From an uncultured Candidatus Binatia bacterium (lineage in GTDB: Bacteria; Desulfobacterota; Binatia; UBA9968; JAJDTQ01), in NCBI GenBank assembly GCA_965215605.1, contig OZ244070.1:608001-672000 (forward strand): 64,000 bases of DNA, in the 5' to 3' direction. Position numbers and translations under genes: made by a program. The notes beneath the pieces are model-generated. The model saw nothing but the letters and a program-made list of their open reading frames with translations. It ran no database searches and was not told where the DNA came from. Positions 47,096 to 57,601 of the stretch are shown here, one piece after another (position 1 is the stretch's first letter; each line of letters begins with the position of its first letter).

Positions 47096-48127
47096 ATGAA
47101 GCAGGAGCGCATCGCCGATTCCATCGACCGGCTCAACCGGGACATGACCGGGAAAAGCCTCGAAGGACACTGGAGCCTGGGCCTGGAGGACCTGCCCCCC
47201 TACCCCGTCACCAGCGTGCAGCCCCACCTGTGGCGGTGGGAGGACGTGCACGAAAGCATGATCCGGGCCGGGGAGGTGGTGAACCTGGAGCAAGACGCGG
47301 AGCGCCGGACCATACGGCTCCTGAACCCCGGCATTCCCGGCGGCCACGGCACCACCCACACCATCCACTTCTCGTTCCAGTACGTAAAGCACGGCGAGTA
47401 CGCGCGAGCCCACCGGCACACGGCCGCGGCCTTCCGCTTCGTGCTCCAGGGCCGGCACGCCTACACCACCGTCAACGGCCAGCAGTGCGTCATGGAAGAA
47501 GGCGACCTCATCCTCACGCCCCAGCTCACGTGGCACGACCACGTCAACGACTCCGGCGCGCCCATCATCTGGCTCGACGGCCTGGACATTCCGCTGACCC
47601 AGGCGCTTCACCAGCTCTTCTTCGAGCCCTACCACCAGGAGCAGCAGGCCCTGGAGACGACGAGCGACGAGGTGGCGGGGTTCTACAGCCACGCCCGGCC
47701 GGCGCTGGAGCCGCCCATGCGGTTCTTCCACTACAAGTGGGCCGATACCGAGCGGAGCCTGGAGCGGCTCCGGCGGAACGGAGCCGGCCGGGACCCCTAC
47801 GACGGCTATCTGCTCGAGTTCCTGAATCCCGTCACCGGCGGGCCCACCATGCCCACCATCCAGTGCGCCGTCCAGCTCCTGGAGCCCGGCCACGAGACCC
47901 TGCCCCATCGGCACACCAGCACCGTCATCTACCACGTGTATCGCGGCTCCGGCACCTCCATCGTCGGCGGCCGGGTCTTCGAGTGGCGGCAGGGCGACTC
48001 CTTCGTGGTGCCGCTCTGGAACCAGCACGCCCACGTCAACACATCATCGGACACCGACGCCATCCTGCTGTCCATGAGTGACGCCCCGGTGGTCAAGGCG
48101 TTGGATCTGTACCGGGAGGCGAGTTGA
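47096..48127 (+). CDS. Gentisate 1,2-dioxygenase-like bicupin
   Basis: AERRTIRLLNPG, ARAHRHT, WHDH, WLDGLDIP, NPVTGG, HRHT; AAGGAG RBS. Confidence 0.88.
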   Translation: MKQERIADSIDRLNRDMTGKSLEGHWSLGLEDLPPYPVTSVQPHLWRWEDVHESMIRAGEVVNLEQDAERRTIRLLNPGIPGGHGTTHTIHFSFQYVKHGEYARAHRHTAAAFRFVLQGRHAYTTVNGQQCVMEEGDLILTPQLTWHDHVNDSGAPIIWLDGLDIPLTQALHQLFFEPYHQEQQALETTSDEVAGFYSHARPALEPPMRFFHYKWADTERSLERLRRNGAGRDPYDGYLLEFLNPVTGGPTMPTIQCAVQLLEPGHETLPHRHTSTVIYHVYRGSGTSIVGGRVFEWRQGDSFVVPLWNQHAHVNTSSDTDAILLSMSDAPVVKALDLYREAS

Positions 48128-48154
48128 CGAGCCCGTATGACGGCCTGCGTGGTC

Positions 48155-48949
48155 CTACCTGCGCAGTCCCTTGAAACCCACTTGGTGCGCATCGATCGGC
48201 GTGCGTACGTCGAAGTCCTCGCGCGCCAGAACGCTCCGCCCCCCGGTCCGGTGATTCTCCATCGAACTGCGGATAACGACGTACATCCCGTCGATTTTAC
48301 GTATCTTTTCGGTGTGCAGGGTCTTGATCTTCCGGCCCCCGCGGTCGTAAAAGGCAACCTGCCGCGGCACGAGCATCTCCATCATCACCTGCGTCTCCAG
48401 GTACGCATAGGGGTCGCGGTCGTCCTTGGGAACCGAACGCACGGTGACGACATCGCCGTTATCCTCCAGGATCTCGTGCTCATCCTGGCCGACGGTCCGG
48501 CCGCTGATGTCGGCGTTGGTGAAGTCCGAGCCCATGAAGCTCTTGTGCCTGTCGTCCACGCTGAGCTGCTTCACCGAGCGCAGGGCGGGCAGGTAGATCC
48601 ACTGCCGGGTGTCGTCCTCGCCGTCGAGGTTCTCGCTCAACAGCCCGGTGCCGCGCACGTTCGCCGGTTTGTAGAACTTGATGAGGCTCTTCGTCCGGTC
48701 GGGGAAGATCTTGCGAAAGGATCGGAAATAGCGCTCCCGCTTGCGCCCTTTGTCGTCCCTGATGATCAGGCGCACGTTCGAGGTCTGCTCCCCGTGCCGT
48801 CGCGCCTGGTCGTAAACGTCCTGCATGACGGCGCGCGCGTCGCGCGCCCCGGCGGGGGCGGACGGCGGTTCGGCCACAAGGAGGACCGGCGCGAGCAGGG
48901 CGGCGAAGGTCCACAGGCCCCTTTTCGACGTTTTCTGTCTGGCGCGCAT
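48155..48949 (-). CDS. Outer-membrane lipoprotein-sorting (LolA-like) protein
   Basis: Signal peptide; F..PANVRGTGLL, QWIYLPALR, SFMGSDFTNAD. Confidence 0.87.
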   Translation of the reverse strand: MRARQKTSKRGLWTFAALLAPVLLVAEPPSAPAGARDARAVMQDVYDQARRHGEQTSNVRLIIRDDKGRKRERYFRSFRKIFPDRTKSLIKFYKPANVRGTGLLSENLDGEDDTRQWIYLPALRSVKQLSVDDRHKSFMGSDFTNADISGRTVGQDEHEILEDNGDVVTVRSVPKDDRDPYAYLETQVMMEMLVPRQVAFYDRGGRKIKTLHTEKIRKIDGMYVVIRSSMENHRTGGRSVLAREDFDVRTPIDAHQVGFKGLRR

Positions 48950-49019
48950 GCGCTGGATGTAATCGAACACCGTGGCACTGTCAAACCACGGCGAAAATGT
49001 ATCAACGAGTGCCCGATCC

Positions 49020-51314
49020 TCACCCGCTCCCGCGCCCGGTCAGTGTCAGAACGGAGGGGAGAAGCAGGAGGCTTGAGGCGAGCGCGACGGCGAGGCCGAA
49101 GATCGTGAACAGGGCGAAGCGCACGAGCAGGACGAGGTCGGAGAGCAGCAGCACCGCGAAGCCCGCGCAGAACAGCAGGCTCGTGACGATGATCGGCCCG
49201 CCGGTGAGGAGGATCGCTTCCCGGCTTGCGGCGGCGGCGGGCCGAGTCCGGCGCGCGCGGTTGTAGGCGTGCAGGAGATGGATGGTGTCGTCCACGCACA
49301 GCCCCAGGGTGATGCCGGCGACCAGCACGGTGGAGAAGTCGAACGGCACGCCCAGCCAGGCCATGAGCCCGGTGGCTGCGACCACGGGGAGGATGTTCAC
49401 TCCGAACGCCGCAAGACCCTGCCCCCAGCCGAAGAGGAAGACGAACAGGAGGCCGATGGCGAAGCCGGTGAGCAGCAGGCTGTACGCCTGGGTGCGCAGC
49501 ACCTGCCCGCTCATCGTGTGGACGAAAGCGGCGAAGCCGGTCAAGACCGGGTCGAGGGCCGCGCTCACCGGGGCCACGGCGAGCCGCGCCCGCTCGATGA
49601 AGTCGGCCAGCTCCCCGGAGGGCAGGTCGGGCAGGCGCAGGTGGATGCGCGCGGTGGCGTAGTCGAAATCGACGTGCGGGGAGAGGACGTCGTCCTTGTT
49701 TTCGGTGCGCGAGAGCTCCAGGAACAGGATCTCCTGCGCGAGCAGGTCCTCGGCGTCGGGAAGCCCGAGTACACCCGTGAAGGCTTGCTGCGTGCGGCTC
49801 ACGGGGGCGGTGTAGCTTTCGGCGTAGGTCACCGGCGGGAGGGCGGCGAGCGCCGTCTCCGTGGTCTCGACGGCTTCGAGGCCGGACAGGGACTTGAAAT
49901 GCTCGGGGGTCCCCGATTTGAGCATGATGTCGAGCCCCGCGGAGCCGCCGAGCCGGGCGTCGACGAGACCGAAATCCTTGCGGATCCTGCTGTCTTCCTT
50001 GAAGAACACCTGCAGGAAGCCGGTTTCCGTGCGCAGATGGAAAAGGCCCGCGCCGAACACCAGGCCGAGCGCGACGGACAGGGCCGCGACCCGCCCCGCG
50101 CGGGCGACGGTGAGCCGGTGGCAGGCTTCCAGGGCGGCGCGCAGGCGCCCGTTGCCGCCGCCCGGCCGGGGGTCCATGGCGTCGCCGGAGAAGCGGAACA
50201 CGCTCCAGAAGGCGAGGACGATCACGGGGTAGGCGAACGTGATGGCCGCGAGGGAGTCGACGCCGAAATCCCGCAGCGGGATGAGGACGCTGATGCCGAA
50301 GGCGCCGAAGCCCGCGGCGGTGGTGAGCGACGTGAACAGGCAGGGGCGCAACGCCCGCCCCAGCGCGTCGCGGGCGAGTTGGCCGGCCGGAGCCAGCGGG
50401 TCGGCGCGGCGCAGCGCGTCGCGGTGGGCGAGTATGTGAAGCCCGTCGGCCACCGCGATGACGGCAGCCAGGATCGGAAGGGCCAGGGTGGTCACGGTCA
50501 TCTTGTGACCCAGCACCACGATCCAGGACAGGCTCCCGGCGATGACCAGCAGCGCCGCCGCGAGCACCGGGAAGGCGCGGCGCGCGGAGCGCAGGAAGAG
50601 GACGAGAAAGAGCGCGATCACCCCCGCGCCCGCCGCCGCGAGCTGCAGCGTCTGCCGGCGGACCTTCCCGTTGATCGTATCCCGCAGCGCCGCGCCGCCG
50701 GCGAAATGAACCTGCCCGCCCACGCCCTCCCGGTGGAGCACCGTGCGCACCTTCTGCATGACCTGGCGCCGCCGCTCGGCGTGCTCGCTCGTATCCAGGC
50801 GCAGCACCAGGACCGCGAGGGAGCCGTCCCGCGACGCGAGCCGGCCCCCGTAGGGACTCTCGGCGAAGGCCCGGCGGTAGTCCTCGCGCGAGGCGAAGGC
50901 GCCGCGCCGCCTGGCGGCGTGGAACTCCTCGATGCGCACGCTCTCGCCGTCGGCGGCGATGCGTTGGGCCGAGGCCGGGGAACGGATGGAGACGAGGTCG
51001 TCCCGAAGGTTTGCCTTGAGCGCCTTTTCAACCGACAGCAGCCGGCTCGTTCCCTCTGCCGAGAAACTCCCGGCGGGCATCGGGAGCACGACCGCCAGCG
51101 TCTCGCCGGGAGCGAACTCGCTCTCCAGCTCGTCCAACGCGCGTTCCTGCGGATGTTCCGGGGGCAGCCAGCGGTCGCTGTCGAATTCAAGCCAGACGGC
51201 GGGCGCCGCGATCGCCGCGCTTGCCAGGAGCCAGAGGCCGAAGGTCAGCCGGCCCAGGCGTCGTTCCCGACGGCAATGTTGACTGGATGGTGACGCCGCG
51301 CCGTCAGAACTCAT
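49020..51314 (-). CDS. MMPL/RND family transporter (start uncertain)
   Basis: Two TM repeats: IAVADGLH...TSLTTAAGF and GLCVDDTIH...TSLLFCAGF. Confidence 0.87.
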   Translation of the reverse strand: MSSDGAASPSSQHCRRERRLGRLTFGLWLLASAAIAAPAVWLEFDSDRWLPPEHPQERALDELESEFAPGETLAVVLPMPAGSFSAEGTSRLLSVEKALKANLRDDLVSIRSPASAQRIAADGESVRIEEFHAARRRGAFASREDYRRAFAESPYGGRLASRDGSLAVLVLRLDTSEHAERRRQVMQKVRTVLHREGVGGQVHFAGGAALRDTINGKVRRQTLQLAAAGAGVIALFLVLFLRSARRAFPVLAAALLVIAGSLSWIVVLGHKMTVTTLALPILAAVIAVADGLHILAHRDALRRADPLAPAGQLARDALGRALRPCLFTSLTTAAGFGAFGISVLIPLRDFGVDSLAAITFAYPVIVLAFWSVFRFSGDAMDPRPGGGNGRLRAALEACHRLTVARAGRVAALSVALGLVFGAGLFHLRTETGFLQVFFKEDSRIRKDFGLVDARLGGSAGLDIMLKSGTPEHFKSLSGLEAVETTETALAALPPVTYAESYTAPVSRTQQAFTGVLGLPDAEDLLAQEILFLELSRTENKDDVLSPHVDFDYATARIHLRLPDLPSGELADFIERARLAVAPVSAALDPVLTGFAAFVHTMSGQVLRTQAYSLLLTGFAIGLLFVFLFGWGQGLAAFGVNILPVVAATGLMAWLGVPFDFSTVLVAGITLGLCVDDTIHLLHAYNRARRTRPAAAASREAILLTGGPIIVTSLLFCAGFAVLLLSDLVLLVRFALFTIFGLAVALASSLLLLPSVLTLTGRGSG

Positions 51315-52980
51315 ACACGAGCCCGAGACGCACCCCCAGGGCCGCGGCGTCCTCGAGTTCGTACGCTCCGGAGTCGGAATTGAGCTCGTCCATCAACTGA
51401 TCGCTCATGGCGGCGGCGTACTCCACCGACGCCGACCAGCGCCAGTTCTCGAACCACGTGCTGGTGTAGAAGGTGGAGACACCGAGAAACGGGCCGGCAA
51501 AGCCTCCGACGAGGCCGGCTGTCGTGGTGCGCTCCTCGTCGAAGTCGTAAAAGATGTAGGCGTTTGGAAGGGCCCCCGAAAACCCGATGCCGTCATCACC
51601 GGGATAGGCGGCCTTCACCAGCCGGTCGGCTTCCTTGGCCTTGCCGCTGAGCACGGTGTCCACGACAAAGACGGCGGCGCCAAAACGCCAGTGATCGTAG
51701 AGCGCGTCGAAGCCGGCGCCGGCCATGAGGAGATTCACGTCCACGTAGCCTCGCCCGTTGTTGTTGTCTACCATCCAGTCGTACAAGCCGCGCCGCGCGC
51801 GCCGCGCCACCAACGTGGCGTCGTCCGTCTCGTCTTGGGAGATGCTCTCCCGCCTGATCCCGCCGATGTCGGCCTCTGTGCCCATGTAGAAGGCTTCGCC
51901 CTTCCACGTCCACCGGCCCACCGGGACGGACAGCTCTACGCCCACGGTGTCACTGCCGGGCAGGAGGCTGCGCTCGATGACGCTGTAGGCGTCGTAGGTC
52001 TTGTCGCCTTGTTCCTGCTGGACCTTCTCGACCAGGGGCAGCTCGTCGAAAGCGAAGAGCGTATTGCGCCCGTTGTAGTACGTCAGGCCGAAGGTGAAGG
52101 AATCGCCATACCATACGGCGCGCGCGGCGTACGCATCGTAGTCGCTCCCGTCCTTGCGCGGCCGGGGCCGGCTCTCGGTTTCACCGAAAGTGGTCGCGTT
52201 CGCGACGAAGACTTCATTGGCGCCATCCGCCTCGTCCAGGATCTCCTCGTGGAGCGGGTCGAGGTTCGTCAAGGGGAACCAGTAGGCGCTGACCTCCAGG
52301 CGTTCAAAGGGAAAAGCGACCGCCGAGACCGCGGGCTGCGGCATGCGGTAGGCGGACTTTTCGATCGAAAGGTCGTCGCTCTGGAACTCGAGCGGCAGCA
52401 GGAGGTTCACCGGCGACACGATGTCGAACTGGCCCCAGATGGGCCTCTGGTAGCCGGCGCTCAGAGAGAGATTGTCCATCAAGTCGTACTGGAGGTAGGC
52501 CTCGCGCACCTCGGCCCCGCTGGCAGTCACCTCGAGTTTCCTGGTTTCCGGCAGGGCCCTCGGCACGAATCCTCCTGAGCTATCTCCTCCTGAGCCATCA
52601 TTTGCATTGGGGTCCCACACCGTTTGCACGTTATTGGTGCGCTTCTGTTCGAGAGAGACAGAGCGACGCGCGAACCCGCCCTCGAGGAAAAGCTTTGCGG
52701 ATCTGCCGGCCACCGTGAAAGGGTAGTCGATGCCCACGCGGGCCGCCATGAGGTTGCGGCTGACCGGGCTGCCGATGAAAACATCGCCCCCGATGCTGCC
52801 GAACACGTGCTTCTCGACGAAGCTGCCGCTCTCGTCGGCCCCTTGTCCGGTCACCACCGCCGGGTTCGAAGCCTGCTGTGCGTGCACGGCGAAGGAAAGC
52901 GTGAGCAGCGCGACGGCAATCGACACCACGGCAATTGAAGATGAGATACGGCTGATTCGGTCACGATGCCACAGATGCAT
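51304..52980 (-). CDS. Putative outer-membrane beta-barrel protein (DUF1302-like)
   Basis: Signal peptide, EVREAYLQY, GYQRPIWGQFD..SP.N.L.P, C-terminal LGLVYEF; ATG at 52980. Confidence 0.75.
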   Translation of the reverse strand: MHLWHRDRISRISSSIAVVSIAVALLTLSFAVHAQQASNPAVVTGQGADESGSFVEKHVFGSIGGDVFIGSPVSRNLMAARVGIDYPFTVAGRSAKLFLEGGFARRSVSLEQKRTNNVQTVWDPNANDGSGGDSSGGFVPRALPETRKLEVTASGAEVREAYLQYDLMDNLSLSAGYQRPIWGQFDIVSPVNLLLPLEFQSDDLSIEKSAYRMPQPAVSAVAFPFERLEVSAYWFPLTNLDPLHEEILDEADGANEVFVANATTFGETESRPRPRKDGSDYDAYAARAVWYGDSFTFGLTYYNGRNTLFAFDELPLVEKVQQEQGDKTYDAYSVIERSLLPGSDTVGVELSVPVGRWTWKGEAFYMGTEADIGGIRRESISQDETDDATLVARRARRGLYDWMVDNNNGRGYVDVNLLMAGAGFDALYDHWRFGAAVFVVDTVLSGKAKEADRLVKAAYPGDDGIGFSGALPNAYIFYDFDEERTTTAGLVGGFAGPFLGVSTFYTSTWFENWRWSASVEYAAAMSDQLMDELNSDSGAYELEDAAALGVRLGLVYEF

Positions 52981-53084
52981 TTCTCGAGTTCCTCCGTGTG
53001 TTTGGCTCAAACATTTGGCTTGATATTGTACCGTCTTTCCCATTCCTCGCCAACCGTGGTGGTTATATGTTTCCCGATGCCGGG

Positions 53085-53649
53085 TTGCCTCGGCGGCCGG
53101 GACATCACCCGCCGGCCCATGCACGAGCGCGCCCGGCTCGGGCTCGCCCGCTCGTTTCAGATCACCTCGGTGTTCGGCGGCTTCACCGCCGAGGACAACG
53201 TCGCCATGGCCGTGCAGGCCCACGACGGCCACTCCTTCCGGTTCTGGCGCGGGGCGCGCTCGGACCCATCGCTGCGGGAGCCGGCGCGCCGGACCCTGGA
53301 GCGGGTGGGCCTGGGGGGACGCGGCGGCATCATCGCCCGCAACCTGGCCCACGGCGAGCAGCGGCAACTCGAGATCGCCATGGCGCTGGCCACGCACCCG
53401 TCGCTGCTGCTGCTGGACGAGCCCATGGCCGGCATGGGCCCCGACGAGGCCAACCGCATGGTGGCGCTGCTGGGCGGGCTCAAGGGACGAGTGGCGATCC
53501 TGCTGGTGGAGCACGACATGGACGCGGTGTTCGCGCTGGCCGACCGGGTCACCGTGCTGGTGTCCGGACGCGAGGTGGCCACCGGCTCGCCGGACGCCAT
53601 CCGGGCCAACCGCGTGGTGCGGGAGGCTTATCTTGGAGAGGATACGTGA
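53085..53649 (+). pseudogene. livG: 5'-truncated branched-chain amino acid ABC ATPase (LivG-like)
   Basis: Begins at GRDITR...LARSFQ with no Walker A; has LAHGEQRQLE, LLDEPMAG, VEHDMD, REAYLG. Confidence 0.8.
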
Positions 53650-54046
53650 TGCTTGAACTGGAAGGCGTCCAGACCTTCTACGGACCGAGCCAGATCCTCT
53701 TCGACGTAAGCCTCAGGGTGGACGCCGGCGAAATGGTGACTCTCATGGGCCGCAACGGCATGGGCAAGACCACCACGGTCAAGTCCATCATGGGACTGGT
53801 GCCGCCGCGGTCGGGAAAAATCCGGTTCCAGGGCGCCGAGATCCAGGGCTGGCCGAGCTATGCCGTGGCCCGGGCCGGCATCGGCCTGGTGCCGGAAGGC
53901 AGGCAGGTCTTTCCGAACCTCACGGTGCGCTGATGCAGATCGCCGACCGCCACTACATCATGGAGAAGGGCTGCATCACCTGGACCGGCGACTCCGCGGC
54001 CTTGGCCGCGGCGGACGACATCCGGCACCGCTACCTCGGGGTGTAA
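53649..54046 (+). pseudogene. livF: LivF-like ABC ATPase with internal deletion and frameshift
   Basis: GRNGMGKTT...VPEGRQVFPNLTVR then stop. The C-terminus MQIADRHYIMEKG...RYLGV* resumes at once in another frame (53933-54046). Signature and Walker B are missing. Confidence 0.85.
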
Positions 54047-54098
54047 CGGGCCCCATGATCAAACACCTTCCTCTTGCCACCTGGTAACGTGGGCAACC

Positions 54099-54123
54099 GC
54101 AGGGGCGGGTTTCGAACCCGGCC
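54099..54123. repeat. REP-like hairpin
   Basis: GCAGGGGCGGGTTTCGAACCCGGCC between convergent genes. Confidence 0.55.
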
Positions 54124-54136
54124 ACGCCGGACACCC

Positions 54137-55027
54137 TCAGGGGCCCCGGTCGCGGCTTTTCCGTATGAACGTGCGCAGCCTGCCGCTGGCCGACCCTTCC
54201 CGGTACCTCCCCTTCACCGCATGACGGATCTGGCAGCAGCCGGGGATGTCGAGGGCCGTGCCTCCGGTGCCCAGCAGCCACCGATACGCGCGGTCCTCGT
54301 AGGCCTTGCGCCAGCGCGGCGCCGGCCGCTGGTAGAGGCCGATGGAGCCGCAGTAACCCACGGCCCGAGCCACGTCGCCGTGGGTGATCTGGTAGGGTCC
54401 CTTGGCGCGGTCGTGGTTGCCGCCGTAAGGGCGGAACGCGTCCAGGGGGATGTCGCGCACCGCCGGGGCCGCGCGGCCCTGCCTCAGGAACTCGTGGTCT
54501 TCCGGCAGCAATGACGTGCCCAGCGGCGACCTCGGGTGCACGAGCACATCGTCCCGCCCCTGCAGCAGATCCGCCAGCGTATCCAGGCAGCCTTCATGGA
54601 AGACCACGTCCACATCGGTGAACCAGACCCAGTCGGCCCCGGTGGCCCGGGCGGCCAGGTTCCGGCCGATGCTGCGGCGGAAGAGCTGCTTCGCGGGCAG
54701 CGCCCGCCAGCACCACGAAACGCCGGGCACGTCGATGGCCTCGAAAAACCGCAGCACCGGCAGCACCGACTCGTCGTCGGACGCGTGGTACACGGTCATG
54801 GTGACGTCGAGCTTCTCGGTGCGGTGGATGACCAGAGAACTGAGCTGGTAGAGGAGAAAATGCCCGTACCGCCAGCAGTGGCTCACGATTTCGAGGGAAA
54901 GCCTTCCGGTGCGCCTGGCCCGGGGAACGCTGGCAGGGTCCCGGTCCCGGAACCACGAGGCCGGCAGCGCTCCGCTCGCGGCAAAGCGATAGAACAACCC
55001 GGCGGCCGTGTCGACGAGTTCCGACAT
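54137..55027 (-). CDS. Glycosyltransferase family 2 (GT-A) protein
   Basis: RSIGRNLAA, ADWVWFTDVD (DxD), AYED. Confidence 0.8.
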   Translation of the reverse strand: MSELVDTAAGLFYRFAASGALPASWFRDRDPASVPRARRTGRLSLEIVSHCWRYGHFLLYQLSSLVIHRTEKLDVTMTVYHASDDESVLPVLRFFEAIDVPGVSWCWRALPAKQLFRRSIGRNLAARATGADWVWFTDVDVVFHEGCLDTLADLLQGRDDVLVHPRSPLGTSLLPEDHEFLRQGRAAPAVRDIPLDAFRPYGGNHDRAKGPYQITHGDVARAVGYCGSIGLYQRPAPRWRKAYEDRAYRWLLGTGGTALDIPGCCQIRHAVKGRYREGSASGRLRTFIRKSRDRGP

Positions 55028-55240
55028 TACCGGCGCTCTCCCGGTCGTCGCCGGCCCGCGCGCGCCGGCCGCACCGCGTGATTCATTGGACGAGACACCC
55101 TGACACCTTCGAAACGGACTGTGACGACGACGCCCCGGGAAGTCAAGCACACCTCGCTTCCCTTGACCGACCATTCCTCCTCCCGGCGGAGCCGTCGCCT
55201 AACTTGTCACCCAGTTGCCGTTGTAGTAGTTTCGGGGCCG

Positions 55241-56017
55241 ATGGAACCCTATATTCGATCAACCGACATCACGCTGACGTTCACGCCCAAGAACCGGGAC
55301 GCGGTCACCGCCCTCAAGGACTTCCGCATCGAACTGAACAGCGGTGAGTTCGTCTCCATCGTGGGACCGTCGGGCTGCGGCAAGAGCACCTTTCTGAACG
55401 TGCTGCTGGGGCTGCTCAAGCCGGACGCGGGCGAGATGGAGATCGGCGGGAAGAAGATCACCGGCCCGGGGGTCGAGCGCGCCATGGTGTTCCAGGAGTT
55501 CGGGCTGCTGCCCTGGCGGACAGTGCTCGCCAACGTGGAGCTGGGGCCCGAGCTCAAGGGAGAGTCGGTGGCCTCCCGGCGTCCGCGGGCTCAGGATCTC
55601 ATCAACCTGGTGGGGCTCACGGGATTCGAGGGCCATTTTCCGCATGAGCTGTCGGGCGGCATGAAGCAGCGGGTGGGACTGGCCCGGGCGCTGGCCACCG
55701 ACCCCGAGGTGCTGCTCATGGACGAGCCCTTCGCCGCGCTGGACGCCCAGACTCGCGACCTCATGCAAGCCGAACTGCTGCAGATCTGGGACAAGCACAA
55801 GAAGACCGTGCTGTTCGTCACCCACAGCATCGAGGAAGCGGCCTATCTGTCGGACCGGGTCATCGTGATGACCGCCCGGCCCGGAAAGACCAAGCGGATC
55901 ATCAAGATCAATCTGCCGCGGCCGCGGGGTTACGAGATGCGGCTGTCGCCGGAGTTCAACGACATCAAGCTCGACATCTGGAACTCCCTCAAGGACGAGC
56001 TGAACCCGCGAGAGTGA
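55241..56017 (+). CDS. ABC transporter ATP-binding protein (TauB/SsuB-like)
   Basis: GPSGCGKST, LSGGMKQR, LMDEPFAALD, FVTHSIEEA. Confidence 0.93.
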   Translation: MEPYIRSTDITLTFTPKNRDAVTALKDFRIELNSGEFVSIVGPSGCGKSTFLNVLLGLLKPDAGEMEIGGKKITGPGVERAMVFQEFGLLPWRTVLANVELGPELKGESVASRRPRAQDLINLVGLTGFEGHFPHELSGGMKQRVGLARALATDPEVLLMDEPFAALDAQTRDLMQAELLQIWDKHKKTVLFVTHSIEEAAYLSDRVIVMTARPGKTKRIIKINLPRPRGYEMRLSPEFNDIKLDIWNSLKDELNPRE

Positions 56018-56018
56018 C

Positions 56019-56804
56019 ATGGGATTCAAGGGACTATCGGAAGGCAGCGTGCGCTTCCTGCTTGGGGCCGGGGCGGTGGCGGGTTTCTTCCTCGTGTGGG
56101 AGTTCCTGCTCACCTTCGTCTTCGTCTTCAACCCGTTCTTCATGACCAAGCCGTCGCTGATGTGGGCAGCCACCGGCGACCTGATCCTGAGCGGCGAGCT
56201 CTGGAAGGACATCTACGTCAGCGGCACCCCCTTCGTGTTCGGCTTCGCGGCCGCGGTGATCGTCGGCATTCCCGTGGGCGTGGTCATGGGGTGGCGGCGG
56301 CGTGTGGCCTTCGCCCTGGACCCGTTCCTCACCGCCCTGTACGCAAGCCCGCTGGTGGCGCTGGCGCCGCTCCTCATCGTCATGTTCGGCGTGGGCGTCA
56401 AAGGCAAGACTATCCTGATCTTTCTCCTGGCGGTGTTCCCGTTCATCTTCAACGCCTTCGCCGGCGTGCGCTCGGTGGACAACCTGCTCATCAACGTCGT
56501 CAGGTCCCTGGGCGGCAAGGAGCGTGACCTCTACTTCAAGGTCATCCTGCCGAGCACCCTCCCCTACCTCGTGGCGGGGGCGCGCATCGCCATCGGCCGG
56601 GGCATCGTCGGCATCATCGTCGGCGAGTTCTACGCCGCCTCCGAGGGCATCGGCCACGCGCTGATCTGGTACGGCGACATGTACCAGCTTGCGCAGATGT
56701 TCGTATGCATCCTGGTGCTGATGATCATCGCCGTCATCTTCACCCAGGGCCTGCGCAAGGCCGAGCTCGCCATCGCGCCCTGGCGCACCCAGGAAACACG
56801 ATGA
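56019..56804 (+). CDS. ABC transporter permease (TauC/SsuC-like)
   Basis: 6 TM segments; RSLGG...KVILPSTLPY; VGEFY. Confidence 0.9.
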   Translation: MGFKGLSEGSVRFLLGAGAVAGFFLVWEFLLTFVFVFNPFFMTKPSLMWAATGDLILSGELWKDIYVSGTPFVFGFAAAVIVGIPVGVVMGWRRRVAFALDPFLTALYASPLVALAPLLIVMFGVGVKGKTILIFLLAVFPFIFNAFAGVRSVDNLLINVVRSLGGKERDLYFKVILPSTLPYLVAGARIAIGRGIVGIIVGEFYAASEGIGHALIWYGDMYQLAQMFVCILVLMIIAVIFTQGLRKAELAIAPWRTQETR

Positions 56805-57601
56805 ACCGCTACCTGTCACAGTACCGGGAGAACGAGGAACACATCCTGGGATGGGGCTTCATCGTGCTCTTCCTGCTGGCCTGGGAATCCATCCCCCACG
56901 TGGTGACGCTGCCCAAGGGGTTGGCGCTCTTCTTCACGACGCCGTACCACATCGCCGTCAAGCTCGTGGAGATGAGCACCTCGGGCGAGGTGGCGTTCCA
57001 CTTCTATGTCAGCGCCAGCGAGTTCGTCATCGGGCTCGGGCTGTCCATCCTGGTGGCCCTGCCCGTGGGGCTGGTGATGGGGCGCTTCAACACCCTCAAC
57101 GCCATGTTCGACCCCTTCGTCACCGCCTTCAACGCCACCCCCCGGCTGGTGTTTCTGCCGCTGGTGGTGCTCTGGTTCGGCTTCGGCATCTGGTCCACCG
57201 TGGTGATCGTCTTCATCGGCGCCCTGTTCCCGCTCCTCATCAACACCTACGAGGGCGTCAAGAACATCGACCGCGTGCTGGTCAACGTGGTCCGCTCCTT
57301 CGGCGCCAACGAGTGGCAGCTCATGAAGATCGTGGTGCTGCCCAACTCGCTGCCCTACATCATCGCGGGCCTCAGGCTCGCCATCGGCCGCGCCATCCTG
57401 GGCGTGGTGGTGGGAGAGTTCTTCGGCTCCGACCAGGGCATCGGCTACCTCATGGCCGCGGCCGCCGGCAACTATATCGTGGACGTGGTCTTCGCCGGCC
57501 TCATCCTGTTCATGGGAATCTCCCTGGTGATGACCATGGCGGTCAAGAGGCTGGAAGACAGGCTGAGCCGCTGGCGGCCGGAGCAAGTGAAGACGTTCTA
57601 G
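56801..57601 (+). CDS. ABC transporter permease (TauC/SsuC-like)
   Basis: RSFGA...IVVLPNSLPYIIAGLRLAIGRA; VGEFF. Confidence 0.9.
   Translation: MNRYLSQYRENEEHILGWGFIVLFLLAWESIPHVVTLPKGLALFFTTPYHIAVKLVEMSTSGEVAFHFYVSASEFVIGLGLSILVALPVGLVMGRFNTLNAMFDPFVTAFNATPRLVFLPLVVLWFGFGIWSTVVIVFIGALFPLLINTYEGVKNIDRVLVNVVRSFGANEWQLMKIVVLPNSLPYIIAGLRLAIGRAILGVVVGEFFGSDQGIGYLMAAAAGNYIVDVVFAGLILFMGISLVMTMAVKRLEDRLSRWRPEQVKTF

Noticed and set aside
51304-53514. 736-aa version of the OM protein
   Set aside because: The extension is antisense to the livG remnant; the signal peptide begins after ATG 52980.
53931-53933. TGA in livF as a second selenocysteine codon
   Set aside because: Not a Cys position; the downstream homology is in a different frame and a large internal segment is missing, so this is a deletion pseudogene.
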